64,000 nucleotides of DNA, from positions 1,344,001-1,408,000 of the forward strand of contig CP169074.1 in NCBI GenBank assembly GCA_041891055.1. Reading direction: 5' to 3'. The stretch is from Halorutilales archaeon Cl-col2-1. Its GTDB lineage: Archaea > Halobacteriota > Halobacteria > Halobacteriales > Afararchaeaceae. The translations under genes and the position numbers were made by a program. Numbering within the stretch: the stretch's first letter is position 1; each line of letters opens with the position of its first letter. This document shows positions 49,470 through 59,289 of the stretch, piece by piece. The notes under the pieces are model-generated. The model was not told the origin of the DNA, searched no databases, and saw only the letters and a list, made by a program, of their open reading frames with translations.

Positions 49470-50011
49470 ATCTCCTTCACCTCTCGGTTCGCGTTCTTTA
49501 TAGTCAGGCACCCCGTCTCGGGGTCGAACTCTATCGACCTCCCCGAGTCACCCCCGACGTCCTGAGACTCGATAGGTATTCCGAGGCTGTCAAGCTTGCG
49601 TCTCACGGCAGCGACGTTTCTCTCGCCTATGCTCTCGTCGCCCGAGAAGTCGAACATACTACTCCCGCCGGCTATCTTCGCGGTCATGTCGCCGATAGAG
49701 GCTCCTTTCTGTCTCATCTCATCGACCATCGCCTCTATCGCGGTGTCAGCGAACTTCGCCTCGTTGTCGTCATCGACCTCCTCCGACGACGGCAGCATGA
49801 CGTGAGCCAGACCCGAGACGGAGCCGTCGTTCGATCTCACAGCGACACCCACACACGAACCCAGTCCGTTCGTAGTCAGCAAGTCACCCGAGTCGGTCAC
49901 GGTGTAGTCGGCTATTCCGACCTTGGCTGTCGAAGTATCAGTCGTCTCCGAGGAGGTTTCCGACTCCTCGTCGTCGTCAAGCGGGGAGTCGTCTCGTCCG
50001 TATACCTTCAT
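49466..50011 (-). CDS. cheD: Chemoreceptor glutamine deamidase CheD
   Basis: GLGSCVG, AHVMLP, AKIAGG, IGERN, DVGG..GR. Confidence 0.95.
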   Translation of the reverse strand: MKVYGRDDSPLDDDEESETSSETTDTSTAKVGIADYTVTDSGDLLTTNGLGSCVGVAVRSNDGSVSGLAHVMLPSSEEVDDDNEAKFADTAIEAMVDEMRQKGASIGDMTAKIAGGSSMFDFSGDESIGERNVAAVRRKLDSLGIPIESQDVGGDSGRSIEFDPETGCLTIKNANREVKEI

Positions 50012-50012
50012 T

Positions 50013-51287
50013 TCATATCATGTCGGTGTCGTCGGGCTCTATCTCGGATCTGTCGACCTCTTCGATGTTGAGACTCTGGAGAGTCTCCTCGAAGCCGTCC
50101 TGGTACGGAAGCATATAGACCTCACAGTCGAACTCGTGATCCTGGGCGTTGATCCTCGTGTCGAATACGAAGGAGTACTTCTGCCTCTGTCCGAGACGTG
50201 CGGTGATCGAGTCGGCTATAGCACGTCCCATGTCGTGGACGAACTTGGGAGTCGAGATATCTATCGTGGCGTCTAGGACGTTCGCCCACGCGTCGACGAA
50301 GCCGCTCGTCATTATATTTCCCATCTCCTGAATAGCGCTTCTCTCAGTGGGGTCGAAGCCGTCGTCGACGACATCGGTGTCGTTCTCAGCGGCGGACGGG
50401 AGAAGAAGCCTCGTGATCTCCTTCGCCGACTCGTCGTCGAGGAGTATGAGTATGTAGCCCCCGAGGAAACCCTCGAACTCGAAGACCAAGCCGACCTTCC
50501 TTCCCTCCTCAACCTCGCTCGGGACGTCTTCGAGCCTCACGAAGTTGACATAGGTAACCTCGACGTCGGTGTCGATCCCTATCATCTGTGTCATGTGGTC
50601 GGAGACCCGGTCGGCTCCGAGACGTGTCATCCGGTTGAAGGTCACTAGCTGGCTCGTGTCTATGCTCCGGTCGCCGCCGACGAGCGACGCCGCCTCCTCC
50701 ATCGAGTTCTGTTCGGGAAACATGTAGACGCCGAAGCCTATGTCGGTGTCAGTCGTCTCGGGCGAGTCTATCTCGCTCTCGAAGAAGACGGCGTACTCGT
50801 CGTCGTAGGTGTCGATGACGTCGGAGAAAACCTCTGACCGACTTCCGTCTACGAGTGTGGGGGTGGAGATATCTATCGTAGTTCCGAGGACGTCCGCCCA
50901 GCCGTCGATAAAGCTACTCGTGATTATGTTTCCGACCTCCTGGACTGCGCTCCGTCCCATCTCGTCGAGTTCATCTGCCGGAGTGCCCGTGAGTAGCTCG
51001 ACGACCTCAGAGACTGAGTCCCTCTCGAACAGAACCACCATGTCACCGCTCGGGACGCCTTCGAGGTCTATACGTACTCCGACGTACTCTCCGGAGGTTC
51101 GGTTCGAGTCAGAGCTTGGAGGTTCAACTGACGACTCGCCGAGTTCGGAAGTCGGAATGAAGTTTATCTTAGTGACGTTGACGAGTGTCTCTATCCCCGT
51201 CATCTGTGACAGAGACCTTGCCGCTGTCTCTGCGCCCTCGTTCGCCATCCGGTTGAAGGTTCCGAGAGAGTCTACGTCTACCTTCAC
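50013..51287 (-). CDS. cheC: CheC phosphatase, duplicated two-domain form
   Basis: Two repeats, each with SAxQExGNI.TS.F.D.WA.VL. Confidence 0.9.
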   Translation of the reverse strand: MKVDVDSLGTFNRMANEGAETAARSLSQMTGIETLVNVTKINFIPTSELGESSVEPPSSDSNRTSGEYVGVRIDLEGVPSGDMVVLFERDSVSEVVELLTGTPADELDEMGRSAVQEVGNIITSSFIDGWADVLGTTIDISTPTLVDGSRSEVFSDVIDTYDDEYAVFFESEIDSPETTDTDIGFGVYMFPEQNSMEEAASLVGGDRSIDTSQLVTFNRMTRLGADRVSDHMTQMIGIDTDVEVTYVNFVRLEDVPSEVEEGRKVGLVFEFEGFLGGYILILLDDESAKEITRLLLPSAAENDTDVVDDGFDPTERSAIQEMGNIMTSGFVDAWANVLDATIDISTPKFVHDMGRAIADSITARLGQRQKYSFVFDTRINAQDHEFDCEVYMLPYQDGFEETLQSLNIEEVDRSEIEPDDTDMI

Positions 51288-51291
51288 CGAG

Positions 51292-51888
51292 TCACACCTC
51301 TAACGAGTTCATCATCTCGACGAGCTCCTCTAGCTCGGGGAAGCAGTAGATCTTAGCCTCGACATCGGCGTCGGGAGCGTATATGTGCGAGTCAAATACC
51401 ATCGCTATCTCGTCGTCCCTGTCGCCCACGAGACCCTCAACTATTTCGTCGGCGGGCTTGTGTGAGAACTCGGGTGTGGTCATGTCTATCGTGGTGTCTA
51501 AGACGTTCGCCCAGCCGTCGATGAATCCGCTCGTCATTATGTTGCCTATCTCCTGGACTGCACTCATCTCCATCTCGCTGAAGCCGTCGTGGTCTCCGCC
51601 TCCCATTCCACCCATCATGAGGTCGGCTATATTCTTCGCGCTCGTCTCGGTGAAGAGCATCAGTACGTATCCGTAGGGTGGTTCGGTGAGCTGTATGTTT
51701 ATGCCTACCTCAGTGTCGTCTCCGACGTGTCTCTGGAGGTCGTCGGTCTCGACGAAGTTAATCTTCGTAATCTCCATCCTCGTCTCGGTGCCCGTCATCT
51801 GGCTGAGATGGTCGGCTACGGTGTTGGCTCCCTCCTTCGCCATCCGGTTGAAGGTGCTCAGCTTCCTTATGTCTATCATCAGGCTCAT
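51292..51888 (-). CDS. cheC: CheC phosphatase
   Basis: SAVQEIGNIMTSGFIDGWANVL. Confidence 0.92.
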   Translation of the reverse strand: MSLMIDIRKLSTFNRMAKEGANTVADHLSQMTGTETRMEITKINFVETDDLQRHVGDDTEVGINIQLTEPPYGYVLMLFTETSAKNIADLMMGGMGGGDHDGFSEMEMSAVQEIGNIMTSGFIDGWANVLDTTIDMTTPEFSHKPADEIVEGLVGDRDDEIAMVFDSHIYAPDADVEAKIYCFPELEELVEMMNSLEV

Positions 51889-51920
51889 GGTAGGTCGTGT
51901 GTCGTGTGTTGTGTTTTGTG

Positions 51921-54005
51921 TCAGAGTGTCTCGACGTCGAGTATGGTGACGACGTCGCCCTCGCCGAGGACTGCGGCACCGCTCATCCCGGGGATTCCGC
52001 TCAGAATTCCCTCGAACGGCTTCACGACGACCTCCTCCTGTCCTAACACCGAGTCGCAGTGTACGGTGATCTGTCTTACCGAGTCTTTTATGCGTACGAG
52101 CATTCCGTCGCCGTTCTTCGTCTCTGCGGGGACGTCGAGTGCGTCACCGAGACGAACGAGAGAGTAGACCTGGTCGTCGTGGACAGTGACCTCCTCCCCT
52201 TCTACTGTACGTACGTCATCCATCCTGCCTATCTCCTCGACGTTCTTGACAGGTATTCCGTACTCCTCGTCGCCCGTCTCGACGAGTAGAACCTTGACTA
52301 TAGCGACTGTGACGGGAAGTGTGAGACGGACAAGGGTGCCCTCGTCGGGCTCGCTCTCTACTTCGAGGGAGCCGTCGAGGCTTCTTATCGTGTTGCTCAC
52401 GACGTCCATTCCGACGCCGCGTCCGCTGACCTCGGTGACCTCGTCGGTGGTTGAGAATCCCGAGTGGAAGATGAGCTCGTATACCTCCGACTCGTCGAGA
52501 GCCTCAACCTCGTCGCGCGTCATTATCCCTTCGTCGACAGCCTTCGACTTTATAGCCTCCTTGTCGAGACCGCGTCCGTCGTCCTCTATCTCTATCGTGA
52601 CCCGGTCGCGTTCCCTCTCGCCACGGAGGTAGACGGTTCCCTCACGCGGCTTCCCCTTCTCCTCACGAACCTCGGGGGACTCTATTCCGTGGTCTACGGC
52701 GTTACGTATGAGATGCATCAGGGGGTCGCCTATCTCGTTGAGGACGGTTCTGTCGAGCTCTATGTCCTTCCCCTCCATCACGAGGTTTATCTCCTTGTCC
52801 TGTGACCGCGCGAGGTCACGCACGAGACGTGGGAACTTGCCGACTATCTTCTCAAGAGGGACGAGACGTATGTCCATCACAGTGTCCTGGAGGCTCGACG
52901 AGATCTTGTCGAGCTCGTCTAGCTCGTCCTCGGCGTCCTCAAGCTCGTCGTGTTCGACAGCACGTCTGAGCTTTATACGGCTCGTGACTAGCTCCTCGAC
53001 ACGGTTGAGAAGCTTGTCGAGCTGGTCAACATCGACACGTATCGACTGTACCTCGTCGACCGACTCGGCCTCTGTCTTCGAACTGTCTTTGTCCTCGGAG
53101 CCGCTTGTGGTCTCCTGTGTCGTCTCCGGCTCGGACGAAGAGTCGGAGTCGTCGGGTGACTCGGTCTCTGCTTCGTCTTCTTCTTTGGCTCCCTCTTCGA
53201 GGCTGTCGGGGACTTCTACGACACCGACCGACTCGACCTTGCCTATCGATTCTATCTCTTCACGTGTCCCCGAGACGTCGTCGACGGGAGTCACGAAGAC
53301 GCCGAAGCTCTCGTCGAAGTTGCCCTCCTGTATCTCGTCTGTCTCGGGAGTGGTCTCAAGTATCTCTGTGATTCCGTCGATCTCGTCTAGAACGAGCATA
53401 GCATCGACGCCCTTCATCTCACCCGCCTTAGTCCCGACCTCAGCGTAGACGACCTCCTCGGCATCACGGATATGTGAGACGTCGACAGACTCCGATCCGA
53501 GAGCCTCGTCGAGGTCTACGTCTGCGTCGGCATCGGCGTCTGTGTCGGTGTCAGTGCCCGTGTCTGTTTCGTCGTCAACGCCCTCTTGGGTCGCAGTAGC
53601 CTGAGCCTCCTCACCGTCGGACTCCGACTCCTCCTCTTCTATAACGCCACGTATCTCCTCTATCGAGTCAGTCGGGTCTGTCGAGGTATTTCCGTCGTCG
53701 GCTATCTCGTCGAGGAGAGCCTCTATCTCGTCGACGCCGTCGAAGACAGTGTCCATTATCTCGGGAGTAACCTCGATCTCCCCCTGGCGCATCTCGTCGA
53801 GTAGATCCTCGACGGCGTGGGCGAGGTCGCTCGCGTCGTCGAATCCCATCGCACCGAAGTTGCCCTTGAGGGTGTGGGCGATACGGAATATCGAGTCCAT
53901 CGCCTCCTCGTTCTCGGGGTCACTTTCGAGTTCGAGGAGAGCGTTGTTGAGCTCCGTTATCTGTTCCTCGCTCTCACGTATGAAGTCCTTTAGGTAGTCG
54001 TCCAT
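51921..54005 (-). CDS. cheA: Chemotaxis histidine kinase CheA
   Basis: FRIAHTLKG (Hpt), HLIRNAVDHG, DDGRG, GFST, SGRGVGMD, CheW-like P5 domain. Confidence 0.97.
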   Translation of the reverse strand: MDDYLKDFIRESEEQITELNNALLELESDPENEEAMDSIFRIAHTLKGNFGAMGFDDASDLAHAVEDLLDEMRQGEIEVTPEIMDTVFDGVDEIEALLDEIADDGNTSTDPTDSIEEIRGVIEEEESESDGEEAQATATQEGVDDETDTGTDTDTDADADADVDLDEALGSESVDVSHIRDAEEVVYAEVGTKAGEMKGVDAMLVLDEIDGITEILETTPETDEIQEGNFDESFGVFVTPVDDVSGTREEIESIGKVESVGVVEVPDSLEEGAKEEDEAETESPDDSDSSSEPETTQETTSGSEDKDSSKTEAESVDEVQSIRVDVDQLDKLLNRVEELVTSRIKLRRAVEHDELEDAEDELDELDKISSSLQDTVMDIRLVPLEKIVGKFPRLVRDLARSQDKEINLVMEGKDIELDRTVLNEIGDPLMHLIRNAVDHGIESPEVREEKGKPREGTVYLRGERERDRVTIEIEDDGRGLDKEAIKSKAVDEGIMTRDEVEALDESEVYELIFHSGFSTTDEVTEVSGRGVGMDVVSNTIRSLDGSLEVESEPDEGTLVRLTLPVTVAIVKVLLVETGDEEYGIPVKNVEEIGRMDDVRTVEGEEVTVHDDQVYSLVRLGDALDVPAETKNGDGMLVRIKDSVRQITVHCDSVLGQEEVVVKPFEGILSGIPGMSGAAVLGEGDVVTILDVETL

Positions 54006-54034
54006 GGCTTAAACCTCCTGAGCTGTCATTATTA

Positions 54035-55102
54035 TCATCTGTCGGCTGTTATACGTCTCCTTATCCCCTGGGGGATCTCGTCTATGGGGAGGACGTCGTC
54101 GATACATCCCGTCTCTATCGCTCTCGCCGGAATTCCGAAGACCTTCGAGGTCTCCTCGTCCTGAGCTATCGTATCTCCCCCTGCTTCCTTTATAGACCTT
54201 ATCCCCTCGGCACCGTCCTTTCCCATACCGGTCAGGACGACTCCTACGAGTCTGTCGGAGATCCTCTCGGACGCCGTCTCCATTGTGACGTCTATTGCGG
54301 GTCTTACACCATGTATCTTGGGCTCCTGGTTGAGACGTACACGCAGACGTCCGCCCGAGTAACCTGAGACCTCCATGTGGTAATTACCCTTAGCGACGAG
54401 ACCCTCTCCGCCGCCTATCCTGTCACCGTCCTCCGCCTCCCGTATAGAGTATTCCGTAACAGAGTCGAGACGTTCCGCGAAACGTCCGGTGAACTCGTCT
54501 GGCATATGCTGGACTATTAGGAGACGAATTCCCGCCTCTACGGGGAGACATGAGACGACGTCTTCGAGTACGCTCGGACCCCCTGTCGAGGCTCCTATGA
54601 CTACCGTGGGATTGTCGACGTACTCGCCCTCCGTCTCGACCGCAGTAGTAGGTCGCTGGGTGGTCGAAGCAGAAGTGGTCGAGGTATGTGTCTGTCTCCC
54701 GACGTCTGCCTCGGCTACGGTTCGAACCTTCTCGACGAGGCTGTCACGCAGATCCTGTATGTCCATCGAGACCTCGCCGCCGGGTTTCTGGAGGAAGTCG
54801 ACCGCGCCCTTGTCGAGAGCCTCGAAAGTGGCGTCGGCTCCCTCCTCTGTGTACGCACTCAGCATCAGAACAGGTGTCGGCTCCTCTTCCATTATCTTCT
54901 CGACCGCCTCTATCCCGTCCATCCTCGGCATCTGGACGTCCATCGTGACAACGTCGGGCTTCTCCGAGGTGACAGCCTCGACGCCTTTCTCGCCGTCACT
55001 AGCCTTGGCGACGACGTCTATCCCCGCGTCTTCGAGTATGTCGGAGATGACAGTCCGCATGAACTGGGAGTCGTCGACGACTACCGCGCGTAGGTCTGTC
55101 AT
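54035..55102 (-). CDS. cheB: Chemotaxis methylesterase CheB
   Basis: Receiver domain plus GASTGGP, VQHMP, LTGMGKDG. Confidence 0.96.
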   Translation of the reverse strand: MTDLRAVVVDDSQFMRTVISDILEDAGIDVVAKASDGEKGVEAVTSEKPDVVTMDVQMPRMDGIEAVEKIMEEEPTPVLMLSAYTEEGADATFEALDKGAVDFLQKPGGEVSMDIQDLRDSLVEKVRTVAEADVGRQTHTSTTSASTTQRPTTAVETEGEYVDNPTVVIGASTGGPSVLEDVVSCLPVEAGIRLLIVQHMPDEFTGRFAERLDSVTEYSIREAEDGDRIGGGEGLVAKGNYHMEVSGYSGGRLRVRLNQEPKIHGVRPAIDVTMETASERISDRLVGVVLTGMGKDGAEGIRSIKEAGGDTIAQDEETSKVFGIPARAIETGCIDDVLPIDEIPQGIRRRITADR

Positions 55103-55109
55103 TAAAGTA

Positions 55110-55466
55110 TCAAAGGACGTCGTCTATGGCTTCCATCACACTCGGCTTCTGGAAGGGCTTAGTGATGTAGCCGTCCGCACCTGCCTCGACGGCTTTCCTC
55201 ATCTTCTCCTCCTGTCCGACGCTCGTACACATTATGACGTTGGCGTCGGGATTCATGTCCTTTATTTCGGCTGTTGCCTCTATGCCGTCACGTATCGGCA
55301 TGACTATGTCCATCATAACGAGATCGGGCTGTTCCTCCTCGTACATCTCGACAGCCTCGACCCCGTTCTCCGCCTCACCGACTATCTCAAACTCGTCCTC
55401 GAGTATCTGCTTGAGGAGATTTCTCATGAACTCCGAGTCGTCGACAACCATCACTTCGCGTGCCAT
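55110..55466 (-). CDS. cheY: Chemotaxis response regulator CheY
   Basis: VVDD, MMDIVMP, CTS, YITKPF. Confidence 0.96.
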   Translation of the reverse strand: MAREVMVVDDSEFMRNLLKQILEDEFEIVGEAENGVEAVEMYEEEQPDLVMMDIVMPIRDGIEATAEIKDMNPDANVIMCTSVGQEEKMRKAVEAGADGYITKPFQKPSVMEAIDDVL

Positions 55467-55555
55467 TATCTATCCCCCCTTAGAGGTTCGGCATACGTGT
55501 CTGTGAGTCTGTCTCTTCTACGCGTCTGAGTCCGGATACGGTAGTTCTGAATCAT
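55466..55555 (-). CDS. Candidate 29-aa Arg-rich micro-ORF coupled to cheY
   Basis: GAGGTGA SD upstream of the ATG; MIQNYRIRTQTRRRDRLTDTYAEPLRGDR; TAATG overlap with the cheY start. Confidence 0.4.
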   Translation of the reverse strand: MIQNYRIRTQTRRRDRLTDTYAEPLRGDR

Positions 55556-55584
55556 CTGTTGTAGTCACCTCTCTTTCTTTTTTG

Positions 55585-56484
55585 TTAGACTGAGGAGCCC
55601 GCGCCTGCGTTGACCTCCTCTATGTTTCTGTTCGAGAAGACCTTACCTTTGCTCGTGAGTTCGAGTCCGTCGTCCGACTCCATGAGTATCTCCTTGTCGA
55701 TGAGACCGTTTACGAGTCTCCTCACCTCGCTCGCTTCCTCCTCGAGAACCATAGGAAGCTGATCCTCCGTCGCACCCGAGAAGAGCGCGACAATTATGCG
55801 TTTCTCCGACTCCGATAACGAGATGTCCTCGACCTCCTTGACTATCTCCTGGTACTCCTTTCTGAGATAACGTCCGAGTATGTTGAGATGTCTCCTGTCG
55901 GGGACATAGATACGTGTCGTGACTATCCCCCTGTCGGTCGTGTGACGTATTCCTATGACGGTCTTCTTGGAATTCTTTATCTCCCTCTCGGATATCTCGG
56001 CGTCCTGTACGGTCGTGAGGTCTATCTCGGTGACTCCCTTCGCCTTTATAGAGTCCCTCTTCACGATTATCTTCGACTTCTTCCAGTCGGCCCCCATGAC
56101 ACGTCCGCTGACCTTCGCGGGATGCTGTATGTATACCTCGGCGGAGTTGAGTATAGCCTTGTAGAGTAGGTCACGTAGCTTCTCAAGCCTCTCCTCGTCG
56201 CCGCGTATTATTACGGATCTCTGTCTCCCGTCTTCCTTCGACCTGTAGCCGACTGAGATGGCGTTCGACATATAGTCCTGGACGCTCGGGGGAAGGTTAC
56301 TCTTCCCGACGTCTAGAACCGACTTGAGAGGAACAGTAGTCCTGTCATCTTTCCCAGCGACTACGAGACGTCTGTTGCTGAGGAGAATACGCGCCTTATC
56401 GAAGTCAAGGTCGGCGTTGCCCAGATCAGAGCCAGCCACGTACTCGCCCATGAAGTCAGCGAGCTTCTTCTCTCCGCTGTCCAT
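55585..56484 (-). CDS. cheF: Archaeal chemotaxis adaptor CheF
   Basis: KLADFMG..., RILLSNRRLV, YIQHPAKVSG, C-terminal winged helix (ALFSG...LTSKG). Confidence 0.88.
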   Translation of the reverse strand: MDSGEKKLADFMGEYVAGSDLGNADLDFDKARILLSNRRLVVAGKDDRTTVPLKSVLDVGKSNLPPSVQDYMSNAISVGYRSKEDGRQRSVIIRGDEERLEKLRDLLYKAILNSAEVYIQHPAKVSGRVMGADWKKSKIIVKRDSIKAKGVTEIDLTTVQDAEISEREIKNSKKTVIGIRHTTDRGIVTTRIYVPDRRHLNILGRYLRKEYQEIVKEVEDISLSESEKRIIVALFSGATEDQLPMVLEEEASEVRRLVNGLIDKEILMESDDGLELTSKGKVFSNRNIEEVNAGAGSSV

Positions 56485-56549
56485 CTGTCTATAAGTCGTA
56501 TTTTCCCGTGTTGGTATTTAACATTTTTTGCTCGTCTCTGGTGGAATAC

Positions 56550-56987
56550 TCAGTTTATCCCCGACGGCTCTATCCATATAACGAAGTCGCCGTCGTCTCT
56601 TATGACGCCTTTGACGTTGTCGTCGCCGACTGACTCATCGAGGTCGTCCTCCGAGACCTTTATGACCTCGTGAACCTCGTCGACTAGCCAGCCCGAGAGG
56701 TCGGTCTGGTTCTCGGTCTCGTCACCTGAGTCTGTCTCAGACCCCGATCCGTCGAAGACAATTATGCGTTTCTCGTCTCCGCTCTCGATTCCGAGAACCT
56801 TCTTCGGATTTATTATCTTGGTAGTCTGTCCACGTAGATCCATCACCCCTTCGACGTGGGAAGCCGAGTTGGGAATAGGAGTCAGGCTCCCCTTGTCGAT
56901 TATCTCAGACACCTCCGAGATGTCGACACAGTACTTCTTCTCGCCGAGGTCGAACTCCAGAACCTGTGACTGAGCCTGCGTCGACAT
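56550..56987 (-). CDS. cheW: CheW
   Basis: VLEFDLG..YCVDI, VEGVMDLRG, GWLVDEV. Confidence 0.93.
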   Translation of the reverse strand: MSTQAQSQVLEFDLGEKKYCVDISEVSEIIDKGSLTPIPNSASHVEGVMDLRGQTTKIINPKKVLGIESGDEKRIIVFDGSGSETDSGDETENQTDLSGWLVDEVHEVIKVSEDDLDESVGDDNVKGVIRDDGDFVIWIEPSGIN

Positions 56988-57074
56988 CTACTCAGACCCC
57001 CTTCGTGGCTGTCGTGACCCTCTGAACCTCATTGTAACACCGTAGACACGGATGCAACATAAATCAAACGCACG

Positions 57075-57971
57075 TCAGTCCTCTCCTATCGACTTCGAGG
57101 CGAGGTTACGTCCACGTGTAGTGAGTGTGACCTCACGTCTCTTCCTGACCTCGTTGAGCACACCCAGCTCTATGAGATCCTCGTAAATCTCCTCGACCTC
57201 GTCGACGTCGGCCCCTATGAAGTCGGGTATGTCGAACGGCGAGACTCCCGAGTAGAGTGCTGTGAGAACCTGTCTGTCCCTGTCGCTGAGCTCTATGTCG
57301 GACTCGACCTCCTCCTCGAACTCCGCGCCTATAAATCCCTTGAGAGCACTGATCTCACGCGGAGGTGCATAGATGTGTGAGACGACAGTCGTTCCGTCTG
57401 ACTCGGCGTGTTCGACGACGAGTACCTTCCTCCTGTCTCCCTTGATCGTCTTCTCCTCAGCCTCTATGTTCTGTACCTCGTCGAGTTCGACCTTGATTAT
57501 GTCGCCGTCCTCAGTCGCAAAACGCACCGACTCGCTCGACAGTGCTGTCTGTGCTTTCTGCCAGTCAGCCGTGTCCTGTATGACACCGCCTCTCTTGACG
57601 GGATGTTTGAGGTAGACTATGGTTCCGTTGAGGAGAACGTTGTAGAGCGAGTCACGTAGCTCGGAGAGGTTCTCTTCGTTCGAGCTAGTCACGAGGGAGA
57701 CGTGTCTCTCGCCCTCGCGCTCATAGACGAGGCTAACGTAGTTGGTCGTCCTGACTATCGACTGGTTGAGGTCGAAGCTCTCGCCGATCTTCTTGAGCGA
57801 CTCCAAGGGAACCTTCTGTTTCTTGTCGCTGGTTATGAGCCAGATGTTCTTGTTCGAGAGAATTATACGTCCGTTGGTCCAAGAGGCGTCCTGGCGCTGT
57901 GTCGATCCACGTATGAGGGGATGTATGAACTTGCCGGTTATGTCTGCGACTTTCTTCTCTGACTTGCTCAC
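57075..57971 (-). CDS. cheF: Archaeal chemotaxis adaptor CheF (CheF1-like)
   Basis: GRIILSNK, LKHPVKRGGV, ALYSGVSPFDIP, RKRREVTLTTRGRN. Confidence 0.9.
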   Translation of the reverse strand: MSKSEKKVADITGKFIHPLIRGSTQRQDASWTNGRIILSNKNIWLITSDKKQKVPLESLKKIGESFDLNQSIVRTTNYVSLVYEREGERHVSLVTSSNEENLSELRDSLYNVLLNGTIVYLKHPVKRGGVIQDTADWQKAQTALSSESVRFATEDGDIIKVELDEVQNIEAEEKTIKGDRRKVLVVEHAESDGTTVVSHIYAPPREISALKGFIGAEFEEEVESDIELSDRDRQVLTALYSGVSPFDIPDFIGADVDEVEEIYEDLIELGVLNEVRKRREVTLTTRGRNLASKSIGED

Positions 57972-59197
57972 TCTACCTGGCCTCCGAGCTTGTTAACCGC
58001 ACGGAATACGAACTTACGAACCTCCTCGTCCTCATCCTCTATCACCTCGTTGAGAGGACCCAGAGCGCGTTTGTCACCTATCTTTCCGAGCGCGAACGCC
58101 GCCATCTTCCTGACCTCGGGGTTCTTGTGGTTGAGCGACTCTATCAGATCGTCGACCGCGTGCTCACCTATCTCGGCGAGACTCGTAGCCGCAAACCGTC
58201 TAACCTGTTCGTCGTCGTCGTCGAGCGCCGACACGAGGGGCTCGACAGCCTCGCTTCCGCCGACACGTCCGAGGAGCCACGCCGCGTTACGTCTTATGGG
58301 CTTCTCAGTAGCCTGTTCGAGCGCCGAGATTATGGGCTGTGTGCTTACCTCGGCTTCTAGGTCTTCGAGACGTGACGAGACGGTCTCACGTATCTCGTGG
58401 CTCTTGTCTGCGGGGGCGTTCGACATCACCTCTATGAGTGAGAACGCCGCACTCTCCCTCACAGTCAGATCCTCGTCTTCGAGGGCGTCAAGGAGGGGTT
58501 CTATGACCTTCTCGCCGCCTATGCTTCCGAGAGCGAACGCCGCCTGCTTGCGGACGTAGGTGTAGTCGTCGTCGAGTGCGTCTATGAGTGAGTCGACAGC
58601 CTTCTCGCCCCCGAGGTCTGTTATAGCCGTCGCCGCCTGCTTCCGAACCTCCTGGTTCGAGTCGGTGAGTAGCTTCGTGAGCGGCTTTACCGCCCTCTCG
58701 TCGCCTAGCTCACCGAGGCTCCACGCGGCGTTCTCCCTGACCTGTGGGTCGGGATCGTCTAGGGCGTCGACGAGTGGCTCGAAAGCCCTGTCGTCGCCTA
58801 TACGTCCGAGTCCAAGGGCGGCGTCCATCCTTATCACCGCAGCCCCGTCTTCGAGTGCGTCGGTGAGTAGCTTGACGAGAGTCCAGTCGGCGCTGTCAGA
58901 GAGGTTCGTATCCGTGTTGCCCCTGTACCTGTCTATGAGTAGCTTGACGACGTTGACGTCGTCGGACCACGCGAGCGACTCCGCGGCGGCTTTGCGTACC
59001 CTCTCGTCCTCGTCGTCGAGAGAAGCGTCTATGAGAGTCTCGAACTTCTTCTCCTGAAGATCGCCGTCAGCGTCGACGTCGCTGAGTATCTCGGCGGCAC
59101 GTGCCCTGACCGCCGGATTCGAACTCTCCTTTATGTAGGAGATAAGACCTTCGACGTCTCCGTCCTTTTCGAGATTATACAGAGTGGTTTCGGACAT
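57968..59197 (-). CDS. HEAT (PBS lyase-like) repeat taxis protein
   Basis: Many VR..AA..LG..G...AV.PL...L.D repeats; GTGA-coupled to cheF. Confidence 0.9.
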   Translation of the reverse strand: MSETTLYNLEKDGDVEGLISYIKESSNPAVRARAAEILSDVDADGDLQEKKFETLIDASLDDEDERVRKAAAESLAWSDDVNVVKLLIDRYRGNTDTNLSDSADWTLVKLLTDALEDGAAVIRMDAALGLGRIGDDRAFEPLVDALDDPDPQVRENAAWSLGELGDERAVKPLTKLLTDSNQEVRKQAATAITDLGGEKAVDSLIDALDDDYTYVRKQAAFALGSIGGEKVIEPLLDALEDEDLTVRESAAFSLIEVMSNAPADKSHEIRETVSSRLEDLEAEVSTQPIISALEQATEKPIRRNAAWLLGRVGGSEAVEPLVSALDDDDEQVRRFAATSLAEIGEHAVDDLIESLNHKNPEVRKMAAFALGKIGDKRALGPLNEVIEDEDEEVRKFVFRAVNKLGGQVE

Positions 59198-59289
59198 CCT
59201 CGAAGCCTGGCAGTAGTACAAATACCCGTTCCGAGTATATAATACTCTTGTCCCTTACTTTATTATGGATACACGGATATATAGGAGTA

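Noticed and set aside
49466-49511. 46-bp cheD/cheR overlap in the ORF track
   Set aside because: Explained by a TTG start at 49469 (TTGA overlap) with an upstream SD.
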